A stretch of DNA of 62,807 nt, counting the filler, from Nitrospinota bacterium (lineage in GTDB: Bacteria; JAUXIQ01), in the NCBI GenBank assembly GCA_030620925.1. It is 9 parts of 9 records of this genome, joined end to end, with 100 filler letters (N's around TTAATTAATTAA, not from the genome) between each part and the next. Parts side by side here need not be neighbours in the genome. Positions count along the whole stretch, not along the records: positions 20,074 to 26,283 come from JAUXIQ010000131.1; positions 26,384 to 33,306 come from JAUXIQ010000104.1; 7 more parts are not named here. One strand, given 5' to 3'. Made by a program: the position numbers and the translations under genes. How positions within the stretch are numbered: the stretch's first letter is position 1; the number at the start of each line of letters is the position of its first letter. This document shows, piece by piece, positions 20,076 to 31,200 of the stretch. Under the pieces are notes generated by a model. The model was given only the letters and a program-made list of their open reading frames with translations. It was not told where the DNA came from and made no database searches.

Positions 20076-23000
20076 CAGGCGGCCAAGCCGGAAGGACTGG
20101 ACGAATTGATCCGTCTCCTGGCCGAGCATGCGGAAGCACCGGCGGATGAGGAAGCGCTTATCCCGTCCGCGGAGCTATCTGGCGACGATGGCGGCGATAG
20201 TGCAGATACGGGGATTTCCGGGCCGGAAGCCGATTCAGACTTTTCAACCGAGCCCGAAGAGGAGCCAGTGAGTGAAGAAGCCCCACCCCCTGCCTCGGAG
20301 CCGCTTAAAGAAGGTACTGATACTGAGTTCGTGCCCAAAGGAGCGGACCTTGAACTTATGGAAGAGTACGTAGCCGAGTGCCGGGAGTATATCGAGGGGG
20401 CCGAGGAAGGGCTTCGTTTACTCGAAGAAAGCCCCAACGACGAGGATGCAGTCGACACAGTATTCCGCGCCTTCCATACCATTAAGGGGACTTCCGCTTT
20501 CCTCAGGCTCTCCATTGTATCGGAGTTGGCCGATGTAGCGGAATCATATATGAGCCGCATCCGCAATGGTGAAATTCCTTTCACCGGTGTACATGCAGAG
20601 CTGGCTCAACGGTCCGCAAGCGTGCTTAAGATGCTCATTCAAGCCATCGAAGACTCCCTGGCCGGTGGTCAGGCCTCCAGGCCTGAGGGCCTTGAAGAGT
20701 TGATGCAACTTCTGGCCGAGCCGGGGAAAGAGCCAAAGCCGGAACCCGAAGAAGATTTTTTCCCACTTGTAGAGCCGGCGGTAGAAATTACCCATATAGA
20801 TTCCCTGCCGGAAGATGTTGACACGGAGCTTCTGACGGACTTCATCGCCGAGAGCCGAGATAATATCCAGAATGCCGAAGAAGCACTACTCATTCTTGAA
20901 GAAGCCCCCGAGAATATGGATGCACTCAACAAAGTGCTTCGTGCCTTTTACACTATCAGAGGGACTTCTGATTTCTTTGGGCTCTCAAACATATATGAGT
21001 TGGCTAATGGAGTAGAAATTCTCATAAGCCGCATCCGCGATCGTGAAATTTACTATACCGGTGGATGCGCAGACCTGGCTCTCCGTTCGGTGGATATGAT
21101 CAAGAGGCTTCTCCATGCCGTTGAGGAAGCCATAAACGGCTCCCCGCTGGTCAGGCCCGTGGGCCTGGACGATTTGTTGCGTCTCCTGGACGTGGTTGAG
21201 AGGGAGCCGGAACAGGATGATTCCCCATATCCCATCGTGGAGCCAATTCAGGATACCCCGTTTACAGAGTTCCTGCTTGAAGACGTTGACCCCAGTCTCA
21301 TTACTGACTTCATCAGCGAGTGCAGCGAATATATGCAGGACGCGGATGAAGCACTACAAGCTCTGGAAAGCAACCCAGAGGATATGGAAGCCGTCAACAC
21401 CGTTTTTCGTGCCTTCCATACCATCAAAGGAACTTCCACTTTCCTGAAGCTCTCAACCATATCAGAGCTGGCACATGGGGCGGAAACTCTCCTGGACCGA
21501 ATTCGGTCCCGTGAAATATCCTGCACAGGAACGTACGCAGACCTTACCCTTCGGTCCGCAGAGATGCTCAAGGGACTCCTTCGGGCCGTGCAGGAAGACA
21601 TGGGCAGCGGTCTTGAGACCAAGCCGGAGGGTCTTTATGAATTGATGCGCCTCCTGGCCGAACCGGAGGAAGAGCTTGTACGGGATGATTTTGCCTATCC
21701 CCTTGTGGAGCCGGCTCCGGAGCTGCCAACAACGGAATTCCTGCCGGAAGATGCTGACCCGAACCTCCTGGCCGATTTCCTCACCGAGAGTCGTGAGTAT
21801 ATCCAGGAGGCCGAAGCCGCCCTGCTGGTTCTTGAAAATGACCCCCAGGATATGGATTCGGTCAACAACATATTCCGCGCCTTTCATACCATCAAAGGGA
21901 CTTCCTCTTTCTTGGGGCTTACTACCATATCAGACTTTTCTCATGGAGCGGAAACGCTCCTTAGCCGCATCCGCGACTCTGAATTACCCTGCAAGGGCAA
22001 GTATGCAGACCTCGTCCTTCGTTCTTTAGATATGCTTATGGAGCTCCTTCAGGCCGTGCATAACGCTATGGGCGAAGACCAGGTTATCAAGCCGGAGGGC
22101 CTGGAAAGGCCGGAAGGTCTCGATGAATTGATGTACCTCCTGGTTGAGGCGGAGAAGGAGCCGACTTGGGAAATAACCGCCGACACCGGCGCAGCGCCTG
22201 TTGACGACGGATCATATTCCGTATTCCTGCCCGATGGTGCCGATCCGAACCTCCTGTCGGATTTCCTCACCGAGAGCCGTGAGTATATTCAGGACGCTGA
22301 GGCGGCTCTGCTTTCTCTTGAAACAGAGACCGACGACATGGATGCCGTCGATACTGTATTTCGGGCGTTTCACACCATCAAAGGGACGTCCGCTTTCCTG
22401 GGCCTCAATCTCATAACTGAGCTCGCCCACGGGGCGGAATCCTTCCTCAGCCGAATCCGAGACCGCGAAATACCATGCAGCGGAGGGTACGCAGACCTCG
22501 CCCTTCGCTCTGTGGATATGCTCAAGGAACTCCTCCAGACCGTTCAGGATGCCATGGGCGGGGAGCGTGTTCCGAGACCTGACGGCTTATACGATTTGAT
22601 GCGTCTCCTGGCGGAGCCGGAGGCGGAGGGTATAAGCGGTGAATACGATATGATGACAAGAGGCGGTATGCCTCGCCTGGGGGATATCCTGGTTGCCGAG
22701 GGCAAAGCCAGCCGAGAGGATGTAGAGTCGGCCATTATGGATCAGGGCGACCAGCCGTTAGGTGTTGCGATGTTGAGGTCGCAAGCCGCATCCTTGACAG
22801 ATATCGCCAAGGCCCTGAGAACTCAGCAGGGGATAAAGAGCAAAAGGACCACGGGGGATTCCTCGGTGCGGGTGCGCACCGACCGTCTTGACAATCTCAT
22901 AGAAATGGTGAGTGAGCTGGTAATAGCCCACTCCATGGTCGCCCAGGATGAAACTGTCATCAGCGACGGACAACACGATCTATTGAAGAAGGTATCGCAA

Positions 23001-24146
23001 GCGGGTAAGACCGTTCGCGAATTACAAGATTTAAGTATGTCTATGAGGATGGTCCCCTTTAAGGCCACCTTCCAGAAGATGACCAGGCTGGTCAGGGACC
23101 TCTCTCACAAGAGCGGTAAGATGGTCAACTTCCTAGCCGAGGGCGAGGAGACCGAGATCGACCGCCACATGGTGGATGCCATCAACGATCCCCTGGTACA
23201 CATGATCAGAAACGCCCTGGACCATGGCATAGAAACTCCCGGAATTCGGGAGAAAAATGGAAAGCCGCGGGAGGGGAGCCTCAGGCTGGCGGCGTATCAT
23301 GCAGGCGGCAACGTGGTGGTAGAGGTCAGTGATGACGGCAGGGGACTCAACAAGGGGAAGATAGTTGAAAAAGCCATCTCCAAAGGGTTGATAGACTCTG
23401 ATAAAGGTATGTCGGACACCGATATTTACAACCTGATTTTCGAGCCCGGATTTTCCACCGCAGAAAGGGTGACCGACGTTTCGGGCAGAGGCGTGGGGAT
23501 GGACGTGGTAAAGAAGGGCATTGAATCCTTGAGGGGGCGCAGCGAGCTCATCTCGGAAGAAGGCCAGGGATGCACCTTAAGGATGCGTCTGCCGCTCACC
23601 CTGGCCATTACTGACGGAATGCTGGTTAAAGTCGGCGAACAGCGCTACATAATACCCACGATCAGCATATATATGTCAATCCGGCCCGAAAAGGATACAA
23701 TTCACAGCGTTATCGGCAAGGGCGAGATGGTGCTGTTCAGGGATGAGCTAATACCCGTTTTCAGGCTCCATCAAATGTTAGATATAGAGGGAGCGGTAAA
23801 TGACTCCAGCGAAGGTCTTCTGGTTATCCTTCAAGAAGGAGAAAGACACTGCGCTCTGCTCGTTGACGCATTGCTGGGGCAGCAGCAGGTTGTTGCCAAG
23901 CCTATGGGAGTCGGCATCGGTAAAGTAGACGGCTTCTCCGGCGCAGCGATTCTGGGAGACGGCCGTGTCGGGCTTATTATAGACCCCATTGAAATACTTT
24001 CCCTGGCAAGGCAGCATGTGGGATCCGGCAATTATAGAGGCCGAGCTGCCGGTAATGGACGAGAGGAGGGAGCTGAGCAGATAACGGCTGAGGAGACGAC
24101 CGACCAACCGGAGGCTGAGAAAGAAGGCCGGGAGGTAAAATCGTGA
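20076..24146 (+). CDS. cheA: Chemotaxis histidine kinase CheA with multiple Hpt domains; 5' truncated
   Basis: Five repeats of FRAF(H/Y)TI(K/R)G, dimerisation VRVRTDRLD, HATPase HMIRNALDHG, DDGRG, FEPGFST, SGRGVGMDVV, LPLTLAI and a CheW domain. The frame is open to the contig edge. Confidence 0.95.
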   Translation, partial: QAAKPEGLDELIRLLAEHAEAPADEEALIPSAELSGDDGGDSADTGISGPEADSDFSTEPEEEPVSEEAPPPASEPLKEGTDTEFVPKGADLELMEEYVAECREYIEGAEEGLRLLEESPNDEDAVDTVFRAFHTIKGTSAFLRLSIVSELADVAESYMSRIRNGEIPFTGVHAELAQRSASVLKMLIQAIEDSLAGGQASRPEGLEELMQLLAEPGKEPKPEPEEDFFPLVEPAVEITHIDSLPEDVDTELLTDFIAESRDNIQNAEEALLILEEAPENMDALNKVLRAFYTIRGTSDFFGLSNIYELANGVEILISRIRDREIYYTGGCADLALRSVDMIKRLLHAVEEAINGSPLVRPVGLDDLLRLLDVVEREPEQDDSPYPIVEPIQDTPFTEFLLEDVDPSLITDFISECSEYMQDADEALQALESNPEDMEAVNTVFRAFHTIKGTSTFLKLSTISELAHGAETLLDRIRSREISCTGTYADLTLRSAEMLKGLLRAVQEDMGSGLETKPEGLYELMRLLAEPEEELVRDDFAYPLVEPAPELPTTEFLPEDADPNLLADFLTESREYIQEAEAALLVLENDPQDMDSVNNIFRAFHTIKGTSSFLGLTTISDFSHGAETLLSRIRDSELPCKGKYADLVLRSLDMLMELLQAVHNAMGEDQVIKPEGLERPEGLDELMYLLVEAEKEPTWEITADTGAAPVDDGSYSVFLPDGADPNLLSDFLTESREYIQDAEAALLSLETETDDMDAVDTVFRAFHTIKGTSAFLGLNLITELAHGAESFLSRIRDREIPCSGGYADLALRSVDMLKELLQTVQDAMGGERVPRPDGLYDLMRLLAEPEAEGISGEYDMMTRGGMPRLGDILVAEGKASREDVESAIMDQGDQPLGVAMLRSQAASLTDIAKALRTQQGIKSKRTTGDSSVRVRTDRLDNLIEMVSELVIAHSMVAQDETVISDGQHDLLKKVSQAGKTVRELQDLSMSMRMVPFKATFQKMTRLVRDLSHKSGKMVNFLAEGEETEIDRHMVDAINDPLVHMIRNALDHGIETPGIREKNGKPREGSLRLAAYHAGGNVVVEVSDDGRGLNKGKIVEKAISKGLIDSDKGMSDTDIYNLIFEPGFSTAERVTDVSGRGVGMDVVKKGIESLRGRSELISEEGQGCTLRMRLPLTLAITDGMLVKVGEQRYIIPTISIYMSIRPEKDTIHSVIGKGEMVLFRDELIPVFRLHQMLDIEGAVNDSSEGLLVILQEGERHCALLVDALLGQQQVVAKPMGVGIGKVDGFSGAAILGDGRVGLIIDPIEILSLARQHVGSGNYRGRAAGNGREEGAEQITAEETTDQPEAEKEGREVKS

Positions 24147-24869
24147 ATCTGATGTAGACGGTTCCGCCGTCTACTCAGTGATAGAAATTCCGGACGGGGG
24201 TTTGCAATACCTGAAAAGGATCTATAAAGCAGTTTATAACATAAGAACTCGGAAGAAGACGTTTTTTTACAATTATGATGATAGCCAGCATCTCGCTGGA
24301 ACTTTAAACGAAATAAACCCCCGGAGTTACTGGGATGCCTTTTCCCTGCCTGCTTCCCATGAGCCCGGTTAAATTAGCAAGCTAAAACCCCATTGGCGGG
24401 GGCCATCCCAGTGGCACTTATGGCGATTAAAATGCTTTTAACCTGTGCTCCGAAGACGTATGACAGGCATGGACGAGAGGTAGGGAAATGGAACACAAAC
24501 AGAACCGCTGGGAGTTTAAAAATTGCGGTAGAGAGCCAGGGGGAGAAGATTGCCGATCTTGGCATAGGTCCTCCGGCGGTTGACGATACTGTTCGGGGAT
24601 TAAACGGAGGAAAGAATGGGGGCAGAATCTGCTGAGCCGTCACTGGTACTTTCTGCGGTGGTGAGATTCAAGGCACATTTGCTCAAAAGCAGCTCTCCTA
24701 TTCGAGTTGGGAGCTCTTTCAGATTGCTAGAGAGGAAGAAAAAGACCAATTTATGTTTTTGAGACCCGGCCAGAGCTATGAGCGCAGTGCGTGATAGATA
24801 AATGGAAAAGGTTCTGGCCCGATGTGGGTTTTGCGTGTCATGTGCTTCAGCTGAGTATACGGCGGTACC

Positions 24870-25835
24870 ATGTATCAGGAGAAAGATGTGGGCGAGGAAG
24901 CACGAAAGAGCTTCCGGGGCAGCGAAAACGGCTCTAACGCTCCTACTTCTGATTGTTTAAACGTTGCTTCAGCCGACCTTGAAACAGATTGGCAAGGAGA
25001 ACCCGGGATGGACACAAATTATGCTCTGGGAGACTTGAGCCAGAAGCATTTCACGGTTATAAGCCGAATGATGTATGAACTTTGCGGGCTTTCCCTTCCG
25101 GAAAATAAAATGGGAATGGTCAAGGCCCGTCTTCTGAAGCGCTTGCGAGCCCTGAGGTTTAACAGTTTCGAGCAATACCTCAGATTCGTGAGGAGCGATG
25201 AGTCAGGGAGAGAGCTGACCAGCATGATCGACGCCCTGACAACCAATAAGACAAGCTTCTTTAGAGAGCAGGCGCATTTCGACTTTTTGCGCGCTACTAT
25301 ACTGACACCACTGATTGCTAAGAACCGCAGGATAAGAATTTGGAGTGCCGGTTGCTCCTCAGGCGAGGAGCCTTTTTCGCTGGCCATATTGCTGAAAGAG
25401 GAAGTGCCCGATGTCAACCTGCGGGATGTGCGAATGCTGGCTACCGATATTTCCCATAGAATGTTAGAAATTGCGCGGGAAGCGGTCTATGAGAAAGATA
25501 TATTGGGAGATATCTCCCCGCAGTTTTTGAACAAATATTTTACCTGTGTAAGGACTAAACCTAGCCGTGCTTACAAGGTTAATCATGATGTCAGGTCCAT
25601 AGTTAAGCTGGCCTGGCTGAATCTTATTGAGGATTGGCCCATGGCTGGTCCTTTTAACATGATCTTTTGCCGGAATGTGATGATCTATTTCGACAAACCG
25701 ACGCGGCAACGGTTGATCCAGCGTTTCTGGGATATATTGGAGCCCGGGGGCTACCTTTTGGTGGGTCATTCGGAAAGTTTAACAGGTTCTTCGCACAAGT
25801 TCAGTTACGTGCAACCTGCCGTTTATTTGAAATAA
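24870..25835 (+). CDS. cheR: Chemotaxis protein-glutamate methyltransferase CheR
   Basis: TTNKTSFFRE, IWSAGCSSGEEPFS, ATDIS, IFCRNVMIYFD, GHSESL. Confidence 0.95.
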   Translation: MYQEKDVGEEARKSFRGSENGSNAPTSDCLNVASADLETDWQGEPGMDTNYALGDLSQKHFTVISRMMYELCGLSLPENKMGMVKARLLKRLRALRFNSFEQYLRFVRSDESGRELTSMIDALTTNKTSFFREQAHFDFLRATILTPLIAKNRRIRIWSAGCSSGEEPFSLAILLKEEVPDVNLRDVRMLATDISHRMLEIAREAVYEKDILGDISPQFLNKYFTCVRTKPSRAYKVNHDVRSIVKLAWLNLIEDWPMAGPFNMIFCRNVMIYFDKPTRQRLIQRFWDILEPGGYLLVGHSESLTGSSHKFSYVQPAVYLK

Positions 25836-25877
25836 TAAAGATGCCCGAAGGATTCTGGCTATAGGCAATGAAAAATA

Positions 25878-26283
25878 ATGAAACATATAGTTGGCGTTGC
25901 GGATATGAAAATTTCTGAAACCGCCGGTGATGTACTTATCACTTATGCACTGGGAAGCTGTTTGGGCATTACAGTGTATGACCCGGAGGTGAAAGTGGGC
26001 GGGTTACTGCATGTAATGCTTCCGCTGTCCACAATTGATCCGAAGAAGGCTGTCGATAATCCGTTCATGTTCGTTGATACGGGCGTGACCCAGCTTTTTT
26101 TAAAATGCTATAAGGCCGGCGCAAAAAAGCAGAGGATGTTGGTGAAGGTGGCGGGGGGGGCTTCCTCTCATGAGAATGAGGAGGACGATCACTTCCAGAT
26201 AGGCAAAAGGAACTTTACCATCTTCAGGAAGCTTCTCTGGAAAAACGAGGTGTTGCTTAGAGCGCAAGAAGTGGGCGGGACTG
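25878..26283 (+). CDS. cheD: Chemoreceptor glutamine deamidase CheD, truncated
   Basis: VGVADM, LGSCLGI, GLLHVMLP, KVAGGA, IGKRN, EVGG. Confidence 0.93.
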
Positions 26284-26383
26284 NNNNNNNNNNNNNNNNN
26301 NNNNNNNNNNNNNNNNNNNNNNNNNNNTTAATTAATTAANNNNNNNNNNNNNNNNNNNNNNNNNNNNNNNNNNNNNNNNNNNN
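26284..26383. other. Artificial contig linker
   Basis: 44 N + TTAATTAATTAA + 44 N. Confidence 0.97.
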
Positions 26384-27109
26384 CTGAAGCCCCGAGGCGC
26401 GGGATAGAGAGAGGGCTATGGCCGAGGGGTCTTCAAGATAAAGCTTGGAGAGTAGAGCGGCTACGGCGGAGGCGACGATGAGGGGTCTGATCTTTTTCAG
26501 CCTGTTGGTTTTCAGGAAACGGTCTATATAAACGGGAATCAGGGCTATAAATGCAACGACCATTATTACTTCGCCCGCGGCGAGCAGTTTCAGGGATTTG
26601 TAGGTGTCGGGCGGTAGAGGAGCGGCGGCGGCCAGAACGAAGCGCGGTATCAGCTGATAAGCGGCGAAAAGGGCAACGACGGCTTTTTCCACCCAGTTAT
26701 GTTCTCCGCGGAAGAAGCGTAGGGCCATGTAGCCGATGATGAGTATGGATGCCGCATGGAGCGCTATTATAGAAGGGGCGCTGACGGTGGCGATTTGAAA
26801 AACGGCGGTGACCAAAAGCGCCAGCACGAGAACCAGGGGCAGGCGGTTCTTATCCGTTCGGGAAATTTTTCCCGACGATGAACCGGATGCCACCAGGATC
26901 AGGGTGGCGGCCGCCAGAGAGGCCGCTATAATATGAATAAGAGTGCCCCAGGGATGCGCCAGGCTCATCAGCGCCTGGCTCTCTTTTTGAGTGGAGCCGA
27001 GCATGGCCTGGGGCAGTTGGTAGATATGGAACTCGACTATGCTCAGGATGAGCAGCAGCGGCATCAGTATGCGGAGGATTGGGCCGGTGCCCGATTTGTT
27101 ATCAGACAT
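26384..27109 (-). CDS. Hypothetical multi-pass membrane protein, truncated
   Basis: At least seven hydrophobic segments; no recognisable motif. Confidence 0.6.
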
Positions 27110-27219
27110 GGATGCCTTGATGAAACCTTTCCGTTAAGGGAACAATTAATTGAGTTATCAAGTAAACCCTTCTAACGAGGGGTTTACTTATTAGTCAAGC
27201 GTAGGGTCGTTCGCCCTTG

Positions 27220-27600
27220 TTCACCCTCCCTTAATCCCTTCTACCGGAACGCTCCGCGGCAGGCGGGGTCAAGGGAGGGAAATTCTAGTAACCTGTGTAG
27301 CACCTAACGTACAACCACTCGTAGAGACAATTCATGAATTGTCTCTACATTTGCTGTGACTTTTTGTTTAGGGACGGCCGCTCGTCAGGGGATACCCCCC
27401 ATACTACATCCTGTCATTCTGAGTCCCGCGGTCAGCGGGACGAAGAATCTCGCCTACACGTGCAAGCCCGCTTTCTTTAGCGCTTTCAAAATCCCCCTCT
27501 CCTTCTACCCAGTCTGTACAAACGCCCCGCGGGAGGGGTTCGGGGAGGGTGATAGATGGCGAGCGGCCGCTCGCCCCTACGACACCCAACGCCCCTACAC
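27220..27600. repeat. Mosaic of short palindromic intergenic repeats (REP-like)
   Basis: Perfect 28-bp palindrome GTAGAGACAATTCATGAATTGTCTCTAC (27321-27348); GTCATTCTGAG..CGAAGAATCTC (27413-27451); GGCGAGCGGCCGCTCGCCCCTAC (27558-27580); CCCTCCCTT..AAGGGAGGG and CCCCCTCTCC..GGGAGGGG types. Confidence 0.75.
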
Positions 27601-27651
27601 ATTTTACGCATTAACCATGCTAGAGAAGTTCTCCGGGACAGATTTTGGGTA

Positions 27652-28248
27652 TTATAATTTTTCCCAGGCTTGTTCCACCTGTTTTCGCATTTCTTCCAGC
27701 GTGCCGTTGTTCTCTATTACGACGTTGGCGTAACTTATTCGCTCTTCGTTGCTGAGCTGTGCGTTGATGCGCGCCTGGGCCTGCTCGCGGGTCAGGCCCT
27801 TGCTGTCGGCCAGCCTTTGGATGGCCGTCTCCTTTTCGGTGACCACCACCCAAATCTGCTCGAAAAGGGGGAACCACTTCGCCTCGATAAGTATGGCCGC
27901 TTCCACCACCAGGGCTTTCTTATCGCCCCCGATCTTTTGTTTGGCGACCATTTCCTTTTCCAGCTCGATGTATATGCGGGGATGGGTTATCTCGTTCAGT
28001 TTGGCCAGGGCTTTCGGATCGCTGAAGACTATGGCGCCCAGTTTCTGCCGGTCGATAGTCCGGTCGAGCAGTAACAGCTCTTGGCCCCAGGTATCGATTA
28101 TCTCTTTCCAGGCGTCCCTGCCGGGGAGGTAAATTTGATGACCCACCAGGTCGGCGTTTATGAAATCAGCTCCCAGCTCTTCAAGTATACCGCTCACCGT
28201 GCTCTTACCGCTTGCGATTCCGCCGGTCAGTCCTATGCAGACAGTCAT
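27652..28248 (-). CDS. coaE: Dephospho-CoA kinase
   Basis: GLTGGIASGKSTV, ADLVGH, IDRQKLGAIVF, LNEITHP, RINAQ. Confidence 0.92.
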   Translation of the reverse strand: MTVCIGLTGGIASGKSTVSGILEELGADFINADLVGHQIYLPGRDAWKEIIDTWGQELLLLDRTIDRQKLGAIVFSDPKALAKLNEITHPRIYIELEKEMVAKQKIGGDKKALVVEAAILIEAKWFPLFEQIWVVVTEKETAIQRLADSKGLTREQAQARINAQLSNEERISYANVVIENNGTLEEMRKQVEQAWEKL

Positions 28249-28297
28249 GAGAGGATGCCTCCAGTTTGAGTTTATCCCGCATAGGGCGGGATTAGAA

Positions 28298-31200
28298 CTA
28301 TCTGTACGTGAGAGTGCGATAGGTCCTCAGCAGTTCCTGGGGGAGCGAGGATACCTTTTCGATCACCATGTAGTCGTTCTTTCCGCACATGTCTTTCAGG
28401 TAATCGTTGCCCGCGGGGTCGACGGTGATCAGAAACGGGTGGATATTTTTCTCCCTGGCTTCGTGCAACGCTTTTGCCGTATCCTCGATACCGTATTCTT
28501 TGCTGGTGCGGTCTTTGCCGTAGTCGAAATCCTGTGGATACCCGTCGCTGAGGAGTATCAACAGTTTCAGCCTGGAGTCGGCTTTATCCAGCTTGGATAT
28601 GGCATGTCTGATGGCCGGGCCCATGCGGGTGCTTCGCTGAGGCCGTATGGCCCCTATTCGGCCTTTGACCTTGTCGGAGTAACGCTCCGGGAATTCTTTT
28701 ATGGTGAAAAATTCCACGTTGTCCCGGCCGTAGCCCGAGAAACCGAATACCGCGTATTCGTCTCCGATAGATTCCAGGGCCTCGGCCATGAGGATAAGGG
28801 CCTCCTTTTCTATATCGATGATGCGCTTCCCTTTCTTGCTCGGCTCGGGAGGCGGCGGAGGGCCGCCCCCACCCCTGGCATACCCGGGGTTTGAGTATTT
28901 ATCGTCCTTCCAGGAGGTGTCGGCTGTGGGGAGGGCAGGTGTGTTCTTTTCCACTTCCTCGTCGGTGGATGCGCTCACATCGAGGAGGAAGAGCGCCGAG
29001 ACGTCCCGCTCACGCTTGTCCCGCCGCTGGTAAACTTTTTCGGAGGGCGTGAGGTTGCATCTCTTGTCGATGACGGCCTGGATGGCGGAGTCTATATCTA
29101 TTTCCTCTCCGCTTTCCAGTTTTTTCACCTTGCGGAACATCTCGGGGCGAAGCAGCTGGAACTGCCGGCGTATGACGTTGATGATCTCTGAATTGTCCTT
29201 GAGAGTCTCTTCGACGAACTGCGTATCGCCGTCGCCGGGGGACAATTCCTTGAGCTTGCACCACTTCGAGCGGTAGTCGTCTATCAGGTGGTCCCACTCG
29301 TCGTAGTAGTAGATGCTTTCCAGGGGGTCGTTTATCCCCATGTCGCCGTACAGTAACTGCTGAAGGGTCTCCGGCTCCTCCTCCAGCATCTCTTTCACTT
29401 TTTTATATGCGGGAATTTCGGAGAGACCGTCGATGTTGGTGATGAACAGGCCGGAGCTGCTATCCAGGTCCTCCTCGTCCATTCCGATTATGTCCATCTC
29501 CGCTCCCATTTTCAGCAGCTCCTTGAGAAGGTCCAGGGGGAGGGGGACGCCGTGTTCGTTGAGTTTATCGATGTTGTCTTTTATTTCCTTGAGTTTCATG
29601 AGCTTCTGGACTTCCTCCGGTTTGGTATCGCCCCGGAATTCGAGGACGTCCAGGAGGTAAGGGTCGCCTCCCTCTAAATCTTCCAGCGTATCGCCCGCTT
29701 CGGCTTCGGCCAGAAGCATATCCAGCAGTTCATCGATATCTCCATCGTAGTTCCCCAGCCGCTCGGCGAGCGCTTCAATGATTTCCCGTCGCAAACCTTT
29801 CATGTCCGGGAGTTTCTTGATGAGGGGATATACCCTGGCCGCGGCCAGGGCGGAGTCGCTGACCGTTGCATCCGCGTCGAAGACCCTTTGGACCTCTCCC
29901 CGGATGAAATTGTAAAATACCTCCGAAGCCGGGTCGAGGTTTTCCCTGACCTCTCCCAGGGTAGTTATATGCAAAAGCATCTCCAGAGCGGCCCGCCTGG
30001 GGGTGAGGCTTCTCAACGGGGGCCTTTCGGCCATGGCATGCTCCATTATGGGTAGCATATCCCTTTTGAGACCCCGGTAGTTCGTCCGAAGGAGGTAATC
30101 CACACGCCCGTCTTCCATGAGACGGAACAGCATGGAGGCCAGAGAGGGTTCGTTGAACATCTGGAAGAACCCCTCCAGGTCGTTCCTCTCGCTCCGGGCC
30201 ACCTTCTCTCTAAGGCCGCGGGGGATTTCGCCGAGACCGGTCTCTTTGAGGGCGCGGATGCTGAAACAAAAGGTGTCGTATTCGTAATAACCCGCCTGGT
30301 GTGCGGTGGCCACCTTGTACCACTTAAAGTTTTTGGTATAGTCTTCGTATTCCGCTACTTTATCCGGAAGCTGGATATATTCCCCGTCGGTGGTGGGAAG
30401 AGCGGTGGCTGAGAGGCCGGACTCTTTTTCAAGTTTTTTGATCTTCAGTTTTCGCGCAGTCAGCCCCTCGGCGTAGAGGTTCAACAGTCTGTTAATATCT
30501 TCGAGGTGCACGGTGCGCTGCAGCCTGGTTATTTCTTCCTGGCTGCGCCTGGATTCCATGGCGTAATAAGCCGTTCCGGCGTGGGCGTTTTCCGTGGTTA
30601 CTTCCATGCCTGCTTCGAACCAGGGCGGCACCTTGTGCGCAGGCAGCGTGGCGAGGATTTCGGGCAAGTTGTTTACGTATTCCATGGCCGCTTCCCAGCT
30701 GATATCGGAGAGTTTCGACCCCAGCGCCGCCAGATGTATTTGATCCTTGCTTTCTATTCTGGAGAGCACGAGGGGAGCGGATTCGAGGAAAGCGAGGGCG
30801 TCCTCCGCCGATTGTGCGGCGATGTTGAGGCAGATTTCATAGAGAGGTTTTCTGACCTCCGTCTTAACCTTTTTCTGATGCAGCTCCAGCAGCGGGAAGA
30901 ATTTGGGGATGGAAGTGTAGTCGTCGGCAGCCATGGCCATGCTTATCTGGAGGACTTTTTCCCTCTCCGCATCGGTGAGGGGGGCGAACCAGAGCCGGGA
31001 GTCCTCCAGGAAACGCTGCCCAACGTCGTGACTGTGAGAAGAGAGGGCGGCGGCCACTTTCACCCACTCTTCCATCCCTTTGAGGCCGAAAATGGGAAGA
31101 CACTCGAGGCTGGTCCGGAAATAGGCGGAGGTAAGTTTGGAGGATTTCCAGTGGTCGTCCAGGAGCCGGCGGCCCAATTGCACCCATTTATCCAGGCTCC

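Noticed and set aside
24375-24430. Possible c-di-GMP riboswitch upstream of cheR
   Set aside because: Lacks the GCAAA..GAAA tetraloop/receptor architecture; no match by eye.
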